A DNA stretch of 64,000 nt from a virus (taxonomy: Duplodnaviria; Heunggongvirae; Uroviricota; Caudoviricetes). This document shows, in pieces, positions 1 through 8,820 of the stretch. Location: the IMG/VR virus record IMGVR_UViG_3300025678_000001. One strand, written 5' to 3'. Within the stretch, counting starts at the first letter, position 1. Each line of letters begins with the position of its first letter. The position numbers were made by a program, and so were the translations under genes. The notes beneath the pieces were generated by a model. The model had not been told where the DNA came from. It worked only from the letters and a program-made list of their open reading frames with translations, and did no database searches.

Positions 1-77
1 CAAAAGAAGAAGTTGAATTATTGCATAGAGAGTTTGTTGAAAAAGCAAATAAAATTTACAACCAATATATTCGAGTA
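1..77 (+). CDS. 3' end of a gene truncated by the window edge
   Basis: Frame 3 reads KEEVELLHREFVEKANKIYTNIFE-TAA; the frame choice is uncertain. Confidence 0.35.
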
Positions 78-138
78 AGACTATCAAGACTTGATGGATA
101 TTTAAGAGGCTTATATAAAAGTTTAAATAGTTAATACA

Positions 139-618
139 ATGAAACCATACTTTGCTAAATACCTCCCCGTACCTGGAGAGATAAAAGAAGGGGACCTAAT
201 GTTCATGATAGGAAGTCCTACACTTCTTAGAGCGGGAGGTGACAATTTTAACAACAGTGCTTATACAAAAGTCAAACTCCTCCTTTGCTCAAGAGATATA
301 CAGGTGGGTGATATGACAAGAAGTACAATCAACCCTGATCTGGATGAACTAAAAGCTCTAAGCGTAAATGACGGAAAAGTACTACTTGCTGGAGAAGAAG
401 AGTTTGAAGTAGAACTGAACAGGGTCTTTAAAGTTATAGGAGAAATCTCTCCTGAAGCTATATGGGTAAAAGAAGGGGATGAGTTTGATGAAGATCAAGT
501 ACGTGTTTGTGAGTGGGATGATGGAGACGAGTTTGTAATACCTGTAAAGGAGTTTAAAGAAGGAAAACAGGATTCCTATAAGATCGAAATCAAAGGCCCT
601 TGTGGACACTTTCACTAA
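139..618 (+). CDS. hypothetical phage protein
   Basis: 159-aa ORF with an A-rich leader, in tandem with downstream + genes. Confidence 0.75.
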   Translation: MKPYFAKYLPVPGEIKEGDLMFMIGSPTLLRAGGDNFNNSAYTKVKLLLCSRDIQVGDMTRSTINPDLDELKALSVNDGKVLLAGEEEFEVELNRVFKVIGEISPEAIWVKEGDEFDEDQVRVCEWDDGDEFVIPVKEFKEGKQDSYKIEIKGPCGHFH

Positions 619-629
619 AAACACCTGCT

Positions 630-1037
630 ATGAACAGAGAATTTGTAACATACGAACAAGCTTTAGCTCTTAAAGAATTGGGGTTTAACGAGCCCTGTTT
701 TGCAGAGTATAGACAATGGGATGGTAACCCTGTGTGGTTACAGAAATATCAAGACCTTGACGGGTCTTCTACTGACCCAGCAGATTATTCTTATACCACA
801 GAAGCTTTAGCTCCACTCTACCAACAGGCTTTCCGGTGGTTCAGGGAGAAGCATGGACTATATGGTTTTGTTGATCCTGTTTATGACTTTTCTGCTTACA
901 GTGTAACAGTAGTAAAAATAGGACAAACCGGGCATTATCGTGGTTTAGAATGTTATACTTACGAAGAAGCTGAATCAGTATGTCTGGACAAACTTATTGA
1001 ACTGGTAAAACAGAAAGACAAACCATCTTTAAACTGA
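630..1037 (+). CDS. hypothetical phage protein (MNREFVTYEQALALKELGF type)
   Basis: ATG at 630 follows the upstream stop at 618; the N-terminus resembles a small-protein family common in Bacteroidota phages. Confidence 0.75.
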   Translation: MNREFVTYEQALALKELGFNEPCFAEYRQWDGNPVWLQKYQDLDGSSTDPADYSYTTEALAPLYQQAFRWFREKHGLYGFVDPVYDFSAYSVTVVKIGQTGHYRGLECYTYEEAESVCLDKLIELVKQKDKPSLN

Positions 1038-1041
1038 TACC

Positions 1042-1296
1042 ATGGCAAAGAAAGCATTCTTAGTAACCTTTTCACCCATGACCAGGGTGGTTGTAGATGT
1101 AAACGACGAGACTCTAGAAAATCCTGTAGAGCTTGGTAAAGTAATCCATGCTGCTTGTGAACAGATAATAAATAACGGTATAAGGAACTACCTTACTGCT
1201 GATACTTGTGACGAAGCCGTACTTGATGATGTAGTACCGTACGATCCTAAACTGGAGGGCCACCCCGTTACCAGAAGACGTAAAAGAAAAAAGTAA
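1042..1296 (+). CDS. hypothetical protein
   Basis: 84-aa ORF tightly packed between neighbours; basic C-tail RRRKRKK. Confidence 0.7.
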   Translation: MAKKAFLVTFSPMTRVVVDVNDETLENPVELGKVIHAACEQIINNGIRNYLTADTCDEAVLDDVVPYDPKLEGHPVTRRRKRKK

Positions 1297-1300
1297 TAAT

Positions 1301-1975
1301 ATGAGTGACGTAGTACGACTTGAAAAAGAACTGGCTGAAGCCAAGAAAAAAGAACTCAAGCAAAAATGGGAAGTATACCTGGATAAGATAAAAGCTTTCT
1401 GTAAATCTTTAGTAGGACGAGTTATTGTAGCTCATACAGCTAACGGTAGGTTCTACATGTATAAAGTAACAGGGTATAAAGAGCAGTATTACGGAGACCG
1501 CCAAGGAGCATACGGACAATGGGGTCCGGAAAGATGGATTGAACTTCAGACAGAAGGCTATCTGTCATATAGTGTGGCTGACGATAGAGGTAGATGGTGG
1601 AGACCAGGAATCTCAAGCTTTGATTACAATAGTCACAAGTTTGTTTTCAAAAAAGGAACTAAGGTTGAGATAGCCAAGTTTGACTTTACAGAAGGTAACA
1701 TCAGTGACTTTGGATACGGTGGGAACGATCAGCGAGTGTACAAGATTGGATATACTGAATATGATCAGTATAAAGAAGATCCGAATTATGATAGGGCCCT
1801 GAGTGACCTACTGACTTTTGCCCAGATCATGCCGGATGACTCTGTCTATGAAGAAGGAAAAAAGATCTACCTGACTCACGTACAACAGGTAAAAGACTTT
1901 TGGATCAAGAATGAACCAAAGTTCAAGAACCTGGATAGACTTTCTACGATATATGAAAAAGCAAAGGGGAGCTAG
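1301..1975 (+). CDS. hypothetical protein
   Basis: 224-aa ORF ending in the convergent terminator. Confidence 0.75.
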   Translation: MSDVVRLEKELAEAKKKELKQKWEVYLDKIKAFCKSLVGRVIVAHTANGRFYMYKVTGYKEQYYGDRQGAYGQWGPERWIELQTEGYLSYSVADDRGRWWRPGISSFDYNSHKFVFKKGTKVEIAKFDFTEGNISDFGYGGNDQRVYKIGYTEYDQYKEDPNYDRALSDLLTFAQIMPDDSVYEEGKKIYLTHVQQVKDFWIKNEPKFKNLDRLSTIYEKAKGS

Positions 1976-1986
1976 TTGCTCCCCTT
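1964..1986. terminator. bidirectional intrinsic terminator at a convergent junction
   Basis: aaggggagc-tagtt-gctcccctt perfect 9-bp stem with A-rich and T-rich flanks; the two stop codons overlap at the loop. Confidence 0.75.
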
Positions 1987-2184
1987 CTTATTTAAGTATC
2001 TCGTAAGTAAGATATAGGCCAACCAGAAAGAACCGGAAAGGCAGTAGAAGACCGCGTCGGCCCTCCAGTATGATCCAGTTACTTCCATTAGTAGCCGAAA
2101 CAGAGCATCGTATCCAAATGGTAGAAAAAACATTGCCAGCATCAACGATAGCTGCCTTAAGTTTTGTAGTCTTTTCAGGGTCAC
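1972..2184 (-). CDS. small membrane protein (2 predicted TM helices)
   Basis: 70 aa, GTG start, two hydrophobic segments and a basic C-tail; last gene of the lysis block. Confidence 0.6.
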   Translation of the reverse strand: MTLKRLQNLRQLSLMLAMFFLPFGYDALFRLLMEVTGSYWRADAVFYCLSGSFWLAYILLTRYLNKKGSN

Positions 2185-2205
2185 TGTCCATAGTTTTAAG
2201 ATTAG

Positions 2206-2328
2206 TTAACGTCCTTGGCCTCTGTATTTCGAGACCTTTCTGGCTTTGGGTCCCTGGGACTTAAAAGCCTTACCACCTTTTCTGCGACCAAACGTGATCT
2301 TACGTGCGTCGGAACCAACTTTAGCCAT
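2206..2328 (-). CDS. 40-aa highly basic peptide ending KYRGQGR (absent from the ORF track)
   Basis: Manual translation MAKVGSDARKITFGRRKGGKAFKSQGPKARKVSKYRGQGR*; fills the gap between the amidase and the next gene; the ATG is 2 nt from the amidase stop. Confidence 0.75.
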   Translation of the reverse strand: MAKVGSDARKITFGRRKGGKAFKSQGPKARKVSKYRGQGR

Positions 2329-2329
2329 G

Positions 2330-2986
2330 TTACTGAGGAAGAGATTTAAGCATTTGAATAAGTTTCGGGTGTGGATACATGTCTACCTTGTCGTAGCGTA
2401 CCGAGTTGTGAGTATAAACCCCGGGCTCACCCTTTAGGGCTCGGGGAGTGACATCCCAGATGTCATCCTTATACGTAAGAGGAATGTTGTACTTGTCTTT
2501 AAGAAGTAACAAAAACTCCTTAAGAGACGCAATCTGGGCATCAGTATAGTCATGGAAGTACTTGAACCCCTTATAAGGAGTCTGCAGCTGGCAGATCTGG
2601 TCTTCTGGAATGGACTGACCGGTATAGCTTAGGAACTTACCATCCTTTGGAGTCAGCTGACCCCAGTTACAAGTCTCTATACCGATAGAGATCTTATCAA
2701 TGGACTGGTAAGGAATACCGAACTTCTGAAAAGTCGACTCCTTAAGTCCCAGGTGAAACGCCCAGTACTTGGTACTGAATCCCTGGACGATCTGTCCATC
2801 TACACAGTTAGCTCCCTTTCCAGAGATAGCCACACAGGTAGCAATACGTTCCGGATTAGCAGCCCAGGCCCTAATGGTGTTCTCACCAGAGGGTCCACCG
2901 GCAGTGTGATGCAAATAGATCTGTTTTTTAGGAAACTCTTCCTGCATATACTGGGCAGCAGGAAAGTCAATCTGTTTTAAGTTCAT
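2330..2986 (-). CDS. endolysin, N-acetylmuramoyl-L-alanine amidase (Amidase_2 type)
   Basis: Motifs IYLHHTAG, WAFHLG, SIGIETCNWG, VYTHNSVRYDKVDMYP (His/His/Asp zinc ligands). Confidence 0.9.
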   Translation of the reverse strand: MNLKQIDFPAAQYMQEEFPKKQIYLHHTAGGPSGENTIRAWAANPERIATCVAISGKGANCVDGQIVQGFSTKYWAFHLGLKESTFQKFGIPYQSIDKISIGIETCNWGQLTPKDGKFLSYTGQSIPEDQICQLQTPYKGFKYFHDYTDAQIASLKEFLLLLKDKYNIPLTYKDDIWDVTPRALKGEPGVYTHNSVRYDKVDMYPHPKLIQMLKSLPQ

Positions 2987-3249
2987 ATCTCGTAGTTGGG
3001 TTTGTCGTTATCAGATCCACCGCCGCCCCAATCGGAGCCGGATTTCTTGTTTCCCCAGGCTTTGATCACCTCGGAAAGTTTCTTCTCAATGGTTTGGGGA
3101 GCCATGATCAGGATAGATCCTACAATAAGACCTCCAATACCCTCCCACACAAAGTCGAAGACATTCTTATAGACCTCCCATAAGGTCAGAACCATTGTGG
3201 CTACACCGATCAAAGTTGTTAGCCAACCTTTAAAAGCGTTCTTTGTCAT
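2983..3249 (-). CDS. holin candidate
   Basis: 88 aa, two TM segments, charged C-tail, ATGA overlap with the endolysin. Confidence 0.6.
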   Translation of the reverse strand: MTKNAFKGWLTTLIGVATMVLTLWEVYKNVFDFVWEGIGGLIVGSILIMAPQTIEKKLSEVIKAWGNKKSGSDWGGGGSDNDKPNYEI

Positions 3250-3581
3250 TTTTTATAGAATATGTGGTTGTAGAATAAATTAAACGTAGCGTTCCACAGG
3301 AAACCCAGGGCTAAGAAGTCCACTACTGGTTGCCATGTAGTGTAAGTCACTACGGCCAACACCAGAAAAATCACCATAAACGATTTGGCTAGATGCCAGG
3401 CATCTGGTCTGTACTTGGTAAGCGGAAGAAACTTTACATACTCCCAGCTTACTACCTTGGACCACCACTTGGGGTTCAAACGGGAAAAGATGCTTCTTGA
3501 GTAAGCAGTATCATCCCCTACCCGATCCATGACCGCGTTACATATAGCGGCCAGGATCACAAACAATGCACTGTAGATCAT
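3246..3581 (-). CDS. membrane protein
   Basis: 111 aa with about three hydrophobic segments; ATGA-coupled to neighbours. Confidence 0.7.
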   Translation of the reverse strand: MIYSALFVILAAICNAVMDRVGDDTAYSRSIFSRLNPKWWSKVVSWEYVKFLPLTKYRPDAWHLAKSFMVIFLVLAVVTYTTWQPVVDFLALGFLWNATFNLFYNHIFYKK

Positions 3582-4054
3582 TTGCAGTTGTTTATGTCTT
3601 GTTCAGCATGTACCGTGTTAGGAAACAAATCATCCAGGTTATCTTTAACCTGTTCGTATTTAACCGGACAAAGCTTCATAGTGTACTCGGCTGAGCTAAG
3701 GTTAGCAGCATGTTTTCCGAAGATCAGTGCTGCAGATACTACGAAAACGCCTACAAGGGCCCAAAAAGCCGATTTAGACTTACTGGTATCTTCACCTGCC
3801 CAGAGAACAATCAGCCCGGAAAGGGCCGCCAGAATAAATCCTAGACCCCTCAGGACACCGTTTGTGTCATGCCATACTTTACCAGGAGATGCTTGGATAG
3901 CGTAATAGGCCGGTCTGGTTTCATAACCAGGAATAACCTGAGCTGATACATAGTTTACGTAAGGTTGGTGTGCAAGACTGATCACTCCGGCTGTTACTAA
4001 AAAGATTAGTAACAGAGCCCCGCTGACAATCAATGCTTTAGTTGTTGTTTTCAT
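3578..4054 (-). CDS. membrane protein (3 TM)
   Basis: 158 aa with three hydrophobic helices. Confidence 0.7.
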   Translation of the reverse strand: MKTTTKALIVSGALLLIFLVTAGVISLAHQPYVNYVSAQVIPGYETRPAYYAIQASPGKVWHDTNGVLRGLGFILAALSGLIVLWAGEDTSKSKSAFWALVGVFVVSAALIFGKHAANLSSAEYTMKLCPVKYEQVKDNLDDLFPNTVHAEQDINNCK

Positions 4055-4075
4055 AAGTATTTGATTACTAAGTTA

Positions 4076-5305
4076 TTATACGATTTTCTTCATAAAAGAC
4101 ATAAGATATTGTTCGTTTCCGTATCCTAAGTAACTGTTGTTACTCACTGTTGATATGAAACTTCCTGCCCGGGCATCATTCAGAGGAGGAGCTGACATGT
4201 ATGCTAGCTGAGAGTTTACAGTAATATCCTCGTTGGTAGTTATTGTGATCTCCTTACCTAACAATGATACAGAAGCTGGTAAGTTATAGTTGGTACCGTC
4301 AAAGTGTTTAAAGCCATGGCCTACTGTAGTTCCCTTACTAGTGTTAATGACTATGTCATCTTTAGATAGGACTGTTAGCTTGATGGTTCTGTTGTCTATT
4401 TTTACTACGCTTCCAGGGATCACTCTACTGGAAGTGTGATTCAACTCGTTATATATGGCTTCTGTGAGCCCGGATACCAGTTTTATACCGGATCCTGTTT
4501 CGTAGTGCTCAAAGCCTTGTAAAGTACTTAAGTGATAACTAGGCATTATCAGAAGAACATCTTCATCAGATCCATCATACTGGATCTGCTGCATAGTTAT
4601 CTCAGGGCCCTCTGTAGTGGATGTTATATATTCCTGGGTTAAAAACACCCTGGGAATATAACTTTGCCCTGTTATAGACCTGGTATCACTAAACACATTG
4701 AACCTGAAGTTCTTTAGAAGGAGTCTATACTCTTCGGATGTAGTACAGGTTGAGGACAGTAATAACTCCCAAGCTCCTTCCAACATATGAATGAAAGCTA
4801 TTTCTATGTTCTTTCCTACACTGGTAGCATAATCTTTAGCCAGTTGAACAGCTTCTATCATTTTTGTATGCCCAAAAGAACCCTTACCTAAAAAGTAACC
4901 CCCAGGAACGGTTCCTATGTTATCAATATGACCACCTCCGATAGCGTAGTTAATAGTTATAAACTGGATGTTCTTATTTTGTTTCTCCAGATAATATCTT
5001 CTAAGCTCTCTTGCAAGCAGCACGGTGTGATTTACAGGACCACAGAAAGCTCTTTGTCCGTACACACCAGGTGAAGTTTCATACATAAAACTATAAATCC
5101 TACTGGCTCTTGAACTCAGTATTGTTCCGTTCTGATCAGGCGTGTAGTCATCTGTTAATACCAGTTGAGTACCCTCATCGTTGGACTTTATCATCTTGTT
5201 GCCAGACGGCGTGTTTACATAATCTACAGGCATGCTCTGATAACTATGAAAAACCCCGTTACTCTGACCAGTACACAGAATAATATATACAGTATTTTCG
5301 TTCAT
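4076..5305 (-). CDS. SGNH/sialate O-acetylesterase-like protein, probably virion-associated
   Basis: N-terminal ILCTGQSNG (GQSN nucleophile block) and NYAIGG; blocks III and V divergent; C-terminal beta-rich domain. Confidence 0.65.
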   Translation of the reverse strand: MNENTVYIILCTGQSNGVFHSYQSMPVDYVNTPSGNKMIKSNDEGTQLVLTDDYTPDQNGTILSSRASRIYSFMYETSPGVYGQRAFCGPVNHTVLLARELRRYYLEKQNKNIQFITINYAIGGGHIDNIGTVPGGYFLGKGSFGHTKMIEAVQLAKDYATSVGKNIEIAFIHMLEGAWELLLSSTCTTSEEYRLLLKNFRFNVFSDTRSITGQSYIPRVFLTQEYITSTTEGPEITMQQIQYDGSDEDVLLIMPSYHLSTLQGFEHYETGSGIKLVSGLTEAIYNELNHTSSRVIPGSVVKIDNRTIKLTVLSKDDIVINTSKGTTVGHGFKHFDGTNYNLPASVSLLGKEITITTNEDITVNSQLAYMSAPPLNDARAGSFISTVSNNSYLGYGNEQYLMSFMKKIV

Positions 5306-5315
5306 TACGTAACGT

Positions 5316-6476
5316 TTAGAACAACGTCCATCCTTGACTTACAAGGGCGGGACTGAATCCTCCCATCTGGAATCCGAACTGAGGCATCTGAGCAGCAAGA
5401 GAACCTTCTGTAAACGCTGATACAGTATATGTATGACCGGCTGCAAAAGTTGTTGCTGTATTTGTCTTATCGTGTGTAGTCTGCGGAGAATATATCACAA
5501 ACTGTTTAGTAAGGTTTGGTATTGTTGAAAAATCATAAGTAGACAGATTCTCCTGGAAACCTCCCATGGACAAAGCGGTCATGTTGGGGAAGTTAGTTTT
5601 ATTAACCTGGTAGTAACTAAAGTTCTGAACACCCCACATAGACAAGTCTTCCAACTGAGTCATATGCGTGAAAAGAGGTAAGGCGGTGTTGTTATATCCA
5701 GTAGATGAATATATAAACGTACCATCCATTACAAGTAACTTCTTAACATAGATCAGTTCTGACCAGTTCAGGATATTATTGAATCCGATGTTGTTAGAAA
5801 CAATCTGGTTGTTTCCAAGCTTCATCATTATGAACGGGGTATGTTTCGGGAAGTTTCCATACAAGTTATAGGTAAGCCCGGATCCACCATTTCCCGGTAA
5901 CTCTGAATCGTTTCCACTACTTGAAACTCCACAAGCACTGTCATCATCGTTATGGAATACAGTTACTGTTTCAAGTCCGGAGTTAGGAGATAAAGTACCA
6001 TTAGTTCTCCACCATCTTCTTGGTTGCTGTCTGTTAAAACCTGTCCAGCTACCACTGATTCCTGAGAAGCTATACGTCCAGATTTTTGATGTTACTTCAG
6101 GTACATCAGTACCATTGATTATTGTACCTCCACTGAGCTTAGTTAACAGCTTGTCATGCTTTCCAAAGATGATAGTGTTTCCTAAAGCAGCATCAACCTG
6201 CCAATATCTTAACCCGATTAGGCCAGGGTCTGCGTTAGTAGACGTTGTAAAACTTGTTGAAGTACTTCCTGCAGCAATGGTACAAACTGCCTGGTTTGCA
6301 GGATCGGAGTTCCAAAGAGTTACATAATCACCTTGATTGTTTGCTTTTCCGATATAATTACCTGAAACGTTAAAAACTCCAACAGGATACCCCGGAGTTT
6401 CTGTCCCAAGAAAAGTTTTCAACTTAAAGTTTGGAATCCCTTGAGCAAGTAAAGATCGTCTGTAACGAATACTCAT
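5316..6476 (-). CDS. putative fibre/receptor-binding protein with an LRR-like C-terminal part
   Basis: G/S/T/N-rich 386 aa; LRR-like repeats (MTQLEDLSMW, FPNMTALSMG, IPNLTKQF); lies among fibre-like genes. Confidence 0.45.
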   Translation of the reverse strand: MSIRYRRSLLAQGIPNFKLKTFLGTETPGYPVGVFNVSGNYIGKANNQGDYVTLWNSDPANQAVCTIAAGSTSTSFTTSTNADPGLIGLRYWQVDAALGNTIIFGKHDKLLTKLSGGTIINGTDVPEVTSKIWTYSFSGISGSWTGFNRQQPRRWWRTNGTLSPNSGLETVTVFHNDDDSACGVSSSGNDSELPGNGGSGLTYNLYGNFPKHTPFIMMKLGNNQIVSNNIGFNNILNWSELIYVKKLLVMDGTFIYSSTGYNNTALPLFTHMTQLEDLSMWGVQNFSYYQVNKTNFPNMTALSMGGFQENLSTYDFSTIPNLTKQFVIYSPQTTHDKTNTATTFAAGHTYTVSAFTEGSLAAQMPQFGFQMGGFSPALVSQGWTLF

Positions 6477-6479
6477 ATC

Positions 6480-6890
6480 TTAGTTTTCTTGTGTTATCCA
6501 ATATTCTACTCTTCCGGAATTGACCCACTCTGCGTAGATAATGTTCAGCTGAGATGTAGCATAAGTGGTCGTACCTAAGAGAACCCATGAGGCTGGAAAA
6601 GAAGGAGCACTACCCGCGTTATGATAGATCTTTTGAATTACACCAATTCTTCCGTCTGTTTCGGAACTGGTAATGTTACCGGTTGCCGGAGAAGTCGGAG
6701 TAAAGTATACTTTTGGTTTATCAAACGTCACAGGAAGAGTAGTGGACGCAGATGCATCAAAAGCACTGTTGATCTGATCTACAATGTTGTTAATATGAGC
6801 CAGACGGGCTAACTCATTATCTCCTACTGATTTACCTATAGAGACATCTGGGCTTTTAGGTTTGAGTTTTTTAATCAAAGACAGTGACAT
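6480..6890 (-). CDS. putative fibre/structural protein
   Basis: 136 aa; N-terminal SPD...LARLAHINNIV segment and a beta-rich C-domain ending EYWITQE. Confidence 0.5.
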   Translation of the reverse strand: MSLSLIKKLKPKSPDVSIGKSVGDNELARLAHINNIVDQINSAFDASASTTLPVTFDKPKVYFTPTSPATGNITSSETDGRIGVIQKIYHNAGSAPSFPASWVLLGTTTYATSQLNIIYAEWVNSGRVEYWITQEN

Positions 6891-6901
6891 GTTATTGAGT
6901 T

Positions 6902-7840
6902 TTAATAAGTTAGCATCTTCCCTACTGAGAAGGTACCGTCGTTAAAGAATTTGATAAGTCTATATCCTGCCGGGTGATGTTTTTCCTGGTAAGAACTGTC
7001 GTTCCACCAGTTGGCACATACCGCCCCGCTGTTTACATATTTTACACCCAGGTACTCCTCTTCACTATAAATGTGTTCATGTCCACTAAGACAGAGTTTT
7101 ACCTTGGGTCTTGTTCTGAAAATCTCAGTTACTGCAAATACGTCTTTCATCTGATCCACCGTAGGATTCCAGGAAAGATTAGTAACTGGGTTGGCTGAAT
7201 AGTAAGTGATCCACCACATCATGGATCCAACTCCCAAAATCGGTACGTGTGATATAACACATACTGACATGTCGTTAGGAGTGGAATCAATTGTATCGGC
7301 CAACCACGTTAGCTGAGTAGCACCAAATCTCCAATCTGAGTTGATTGTATAGGTACTACCGGCATCTTCATAAGCAGCTTGCTGAGAAAACAATACTATG
7401 AATCTCCACTTTTGGATATCTACATAGTAATAATTAGCTGACATAGTGAGCTGCTCGTTTGTAAGAGCAGGATCGTGGTTACCCCGGGCCACGTAAGTCG
7501 GAGCTATCTTGTTCAAATCTGTAAGAAGAGTTCCGAGTAATGTTACCTGGTCTGCATTACCACCCTGAGCATCAATCATATCACCGGTAGCAAAAATGAC
7601 ATCCGGATTACTCTTAGTCAAAGCCGCTTTAAACAGTGGTAACCTGGCGTTACAAACTGCGTTATTCTTCAAGTGAAAGTCCGTAGCGTGTGCCAGAGTA
7701 AAAGAAGGAGGATAATTAAGATCTACAGAAACTTCTTTCCAAACCGCAGGTCCTTGAGGTTTAGTACCACCGGTAACAATCAAGCTTCCAGGTACTATCT
7801 CTCCTTTTGCATTATATCTAACAAAGGCACGATTTTTCAT
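6902..7840 (-). CDS. calcineurin-like metallophosphoesterase (Icc/CpdA-like) fused to an N-terminal ~38-aa repeated motif
   Basis: All five metal motifs present: TDFH, GDMID, GNHD, SHVP, GHEH; the N-terminal AFVRYNAKGEIVPGSLI motif recurs in 8821-9093. Confidence 0.85.
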   Translation of the reverse strand: MKNRAFVRYNAKGEIVPGSLIVTGGTKPQGPAVWKEVSVDLNYPPSFTLAHATDFHLKNNAVCNARLPLFKAALTKSNPDVIFATGDMIDAQGGNADQVTLLGTLLTDLNKIAPTYVARGNHDPALTNEQLTMSANYYYVDIQKWRFIVLFSQQAAYEDAGSTYTINSDWRFGATQLTWLADTIDSTPNDMSVCVISHVPILGVGSMMWWITYYSANPVTNLSWNPTVDQMKDVFAVTEIFRTRPKVKLCLSGHEHIYSEEEYLGVKYVNSGAVCANWWNDSSYQEKHHPAGYRLIKFFNDGTFSVGKMLTY

Positions 7841-7853
7841 AAGATCCTGGTAA

Positions 7854-8474
7854 TTAAAGTTTTATCTTAAAGTAAGACTGTAGTCCATATTGTACTACTC
7901 CTTCTTTAGTGATTCCTACCGTAACTCCATAAATCTGATCTTTCTTATTCTTGAGAGTCAACCCGGTACCAATCTCGTAGACTGGTTGATTAGCAAAGCC
8001 TTGAATAAAGCCACCAACATAAAGCTGGTTACGTTTCTTGGCCTGAAGAGTAATAGTCTCTTTTATTATAGGGTACTTAAGATCATATTTGTAGGACCGA
8101 CCAACAACTGTATTTTTCTGTAGAGTATCATTTACTTCAACATATCCAATGCTGTCGATCTTGAGCTTATCTTTCACGATGTTCTTGGCCAGAAACTCCT
8201 CGACCAAGGTTTTATACTGAGTCACGAGCTTAGCATAGTTCGTATCCGGAACATAGTACCGGGCTATAGAGTCATGTTTATGATCTACGGGTATAACCTG
8301 AACGATCTGAGGCTTAGTGTTTACTATAGAATCATGGTGTATCCAGACTGTATCTCTAACGATCTTTGGCGGAGTGTTCACCGCGGTACCCGGATTAGTA
8401 CATCTCTGTACGAAAATAACCAGTAGTAAAACAGCTATGATGAGATTTAAAAAGTTGGTTTTAATGAAGTTCAT
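7854..8474 (-). CDS. spanin-like protein (N-terminal TM/lipoprotein signal, C-terminal amphipathic beta strands)
   Basis: LIIAVLLLVIFVQRC signal with Cys, repeated DT/DS segments, C-terminus YGLQSYFKIKL. Confidence 0.5.
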   Translation of the reverse strand: MNFIKTNFLNLIIAVLLLVIFVQRCTNPGTAVNTPPKIVRDTVWIHHDSIVNTKPQIVQVIPVDHKHDSIARYYVPDTNYAKLVTQYKTLVEEFLAKNIVKDKLKIDSIGYVEVNDTLQKNTVVGRSYKYDLKYPIIKETITLQAKKRNQLYVGGFIQGFANQPVYEIGTGLTLKNKKDQIYGVTVGITKEGVVQYGLQSYFKIKL

Positions 8475-8494
8475 AAGGTTGGTTTTATAGTGAG

Positions 8495-8800
8495 TTAAGC
8501 GAAATCTTCTTCATCATCGTCAGCTAGAACTCTTCCCGGTAGGTATTCGTAATTAGGAAGTTTTGAGTTTGGAGTTGGTGGCTCGGGACTGGGTGGAAGA
8601 TTAACCTTAGCTGTCTTCTTATTCCCATAAAATAGTCGTTCCAGGTTATCTATCCTGGTTTTATCTACAGCTGATTGAGACAACAGAGCTTTTACATCCT
8701 TTTTGATCTCACTCACCTCCTGCCAGATCACTACACTAAGGATACTTATAAGCGTTGGAAACAACCAGATTTTCAGTTTGTCTACAGCAGATACTGCCAT
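8495..8800 (-). CDS. single-TM coiled-coil protein (holin or i-spanin candidate)
   Basis: TM IWLFPTLISILSVVIW, coiled coil EIKKDVKALL...RIDNLER, Pro-rich and acidic tail. Confidence 0.55.
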   Translation of the reverse strand: MAVSAVDKLKIWLFPTLISILSVVIWQEVSEIKKDVKALLSQSAVDKTRIDNLERLFYGNKKTAKVNLPPSPEPPTPNSKLPNYEYLPGRVLADDDEEDFA

Positions 8801-8820
8801 TGTAGTTGATTTTCAGATTA

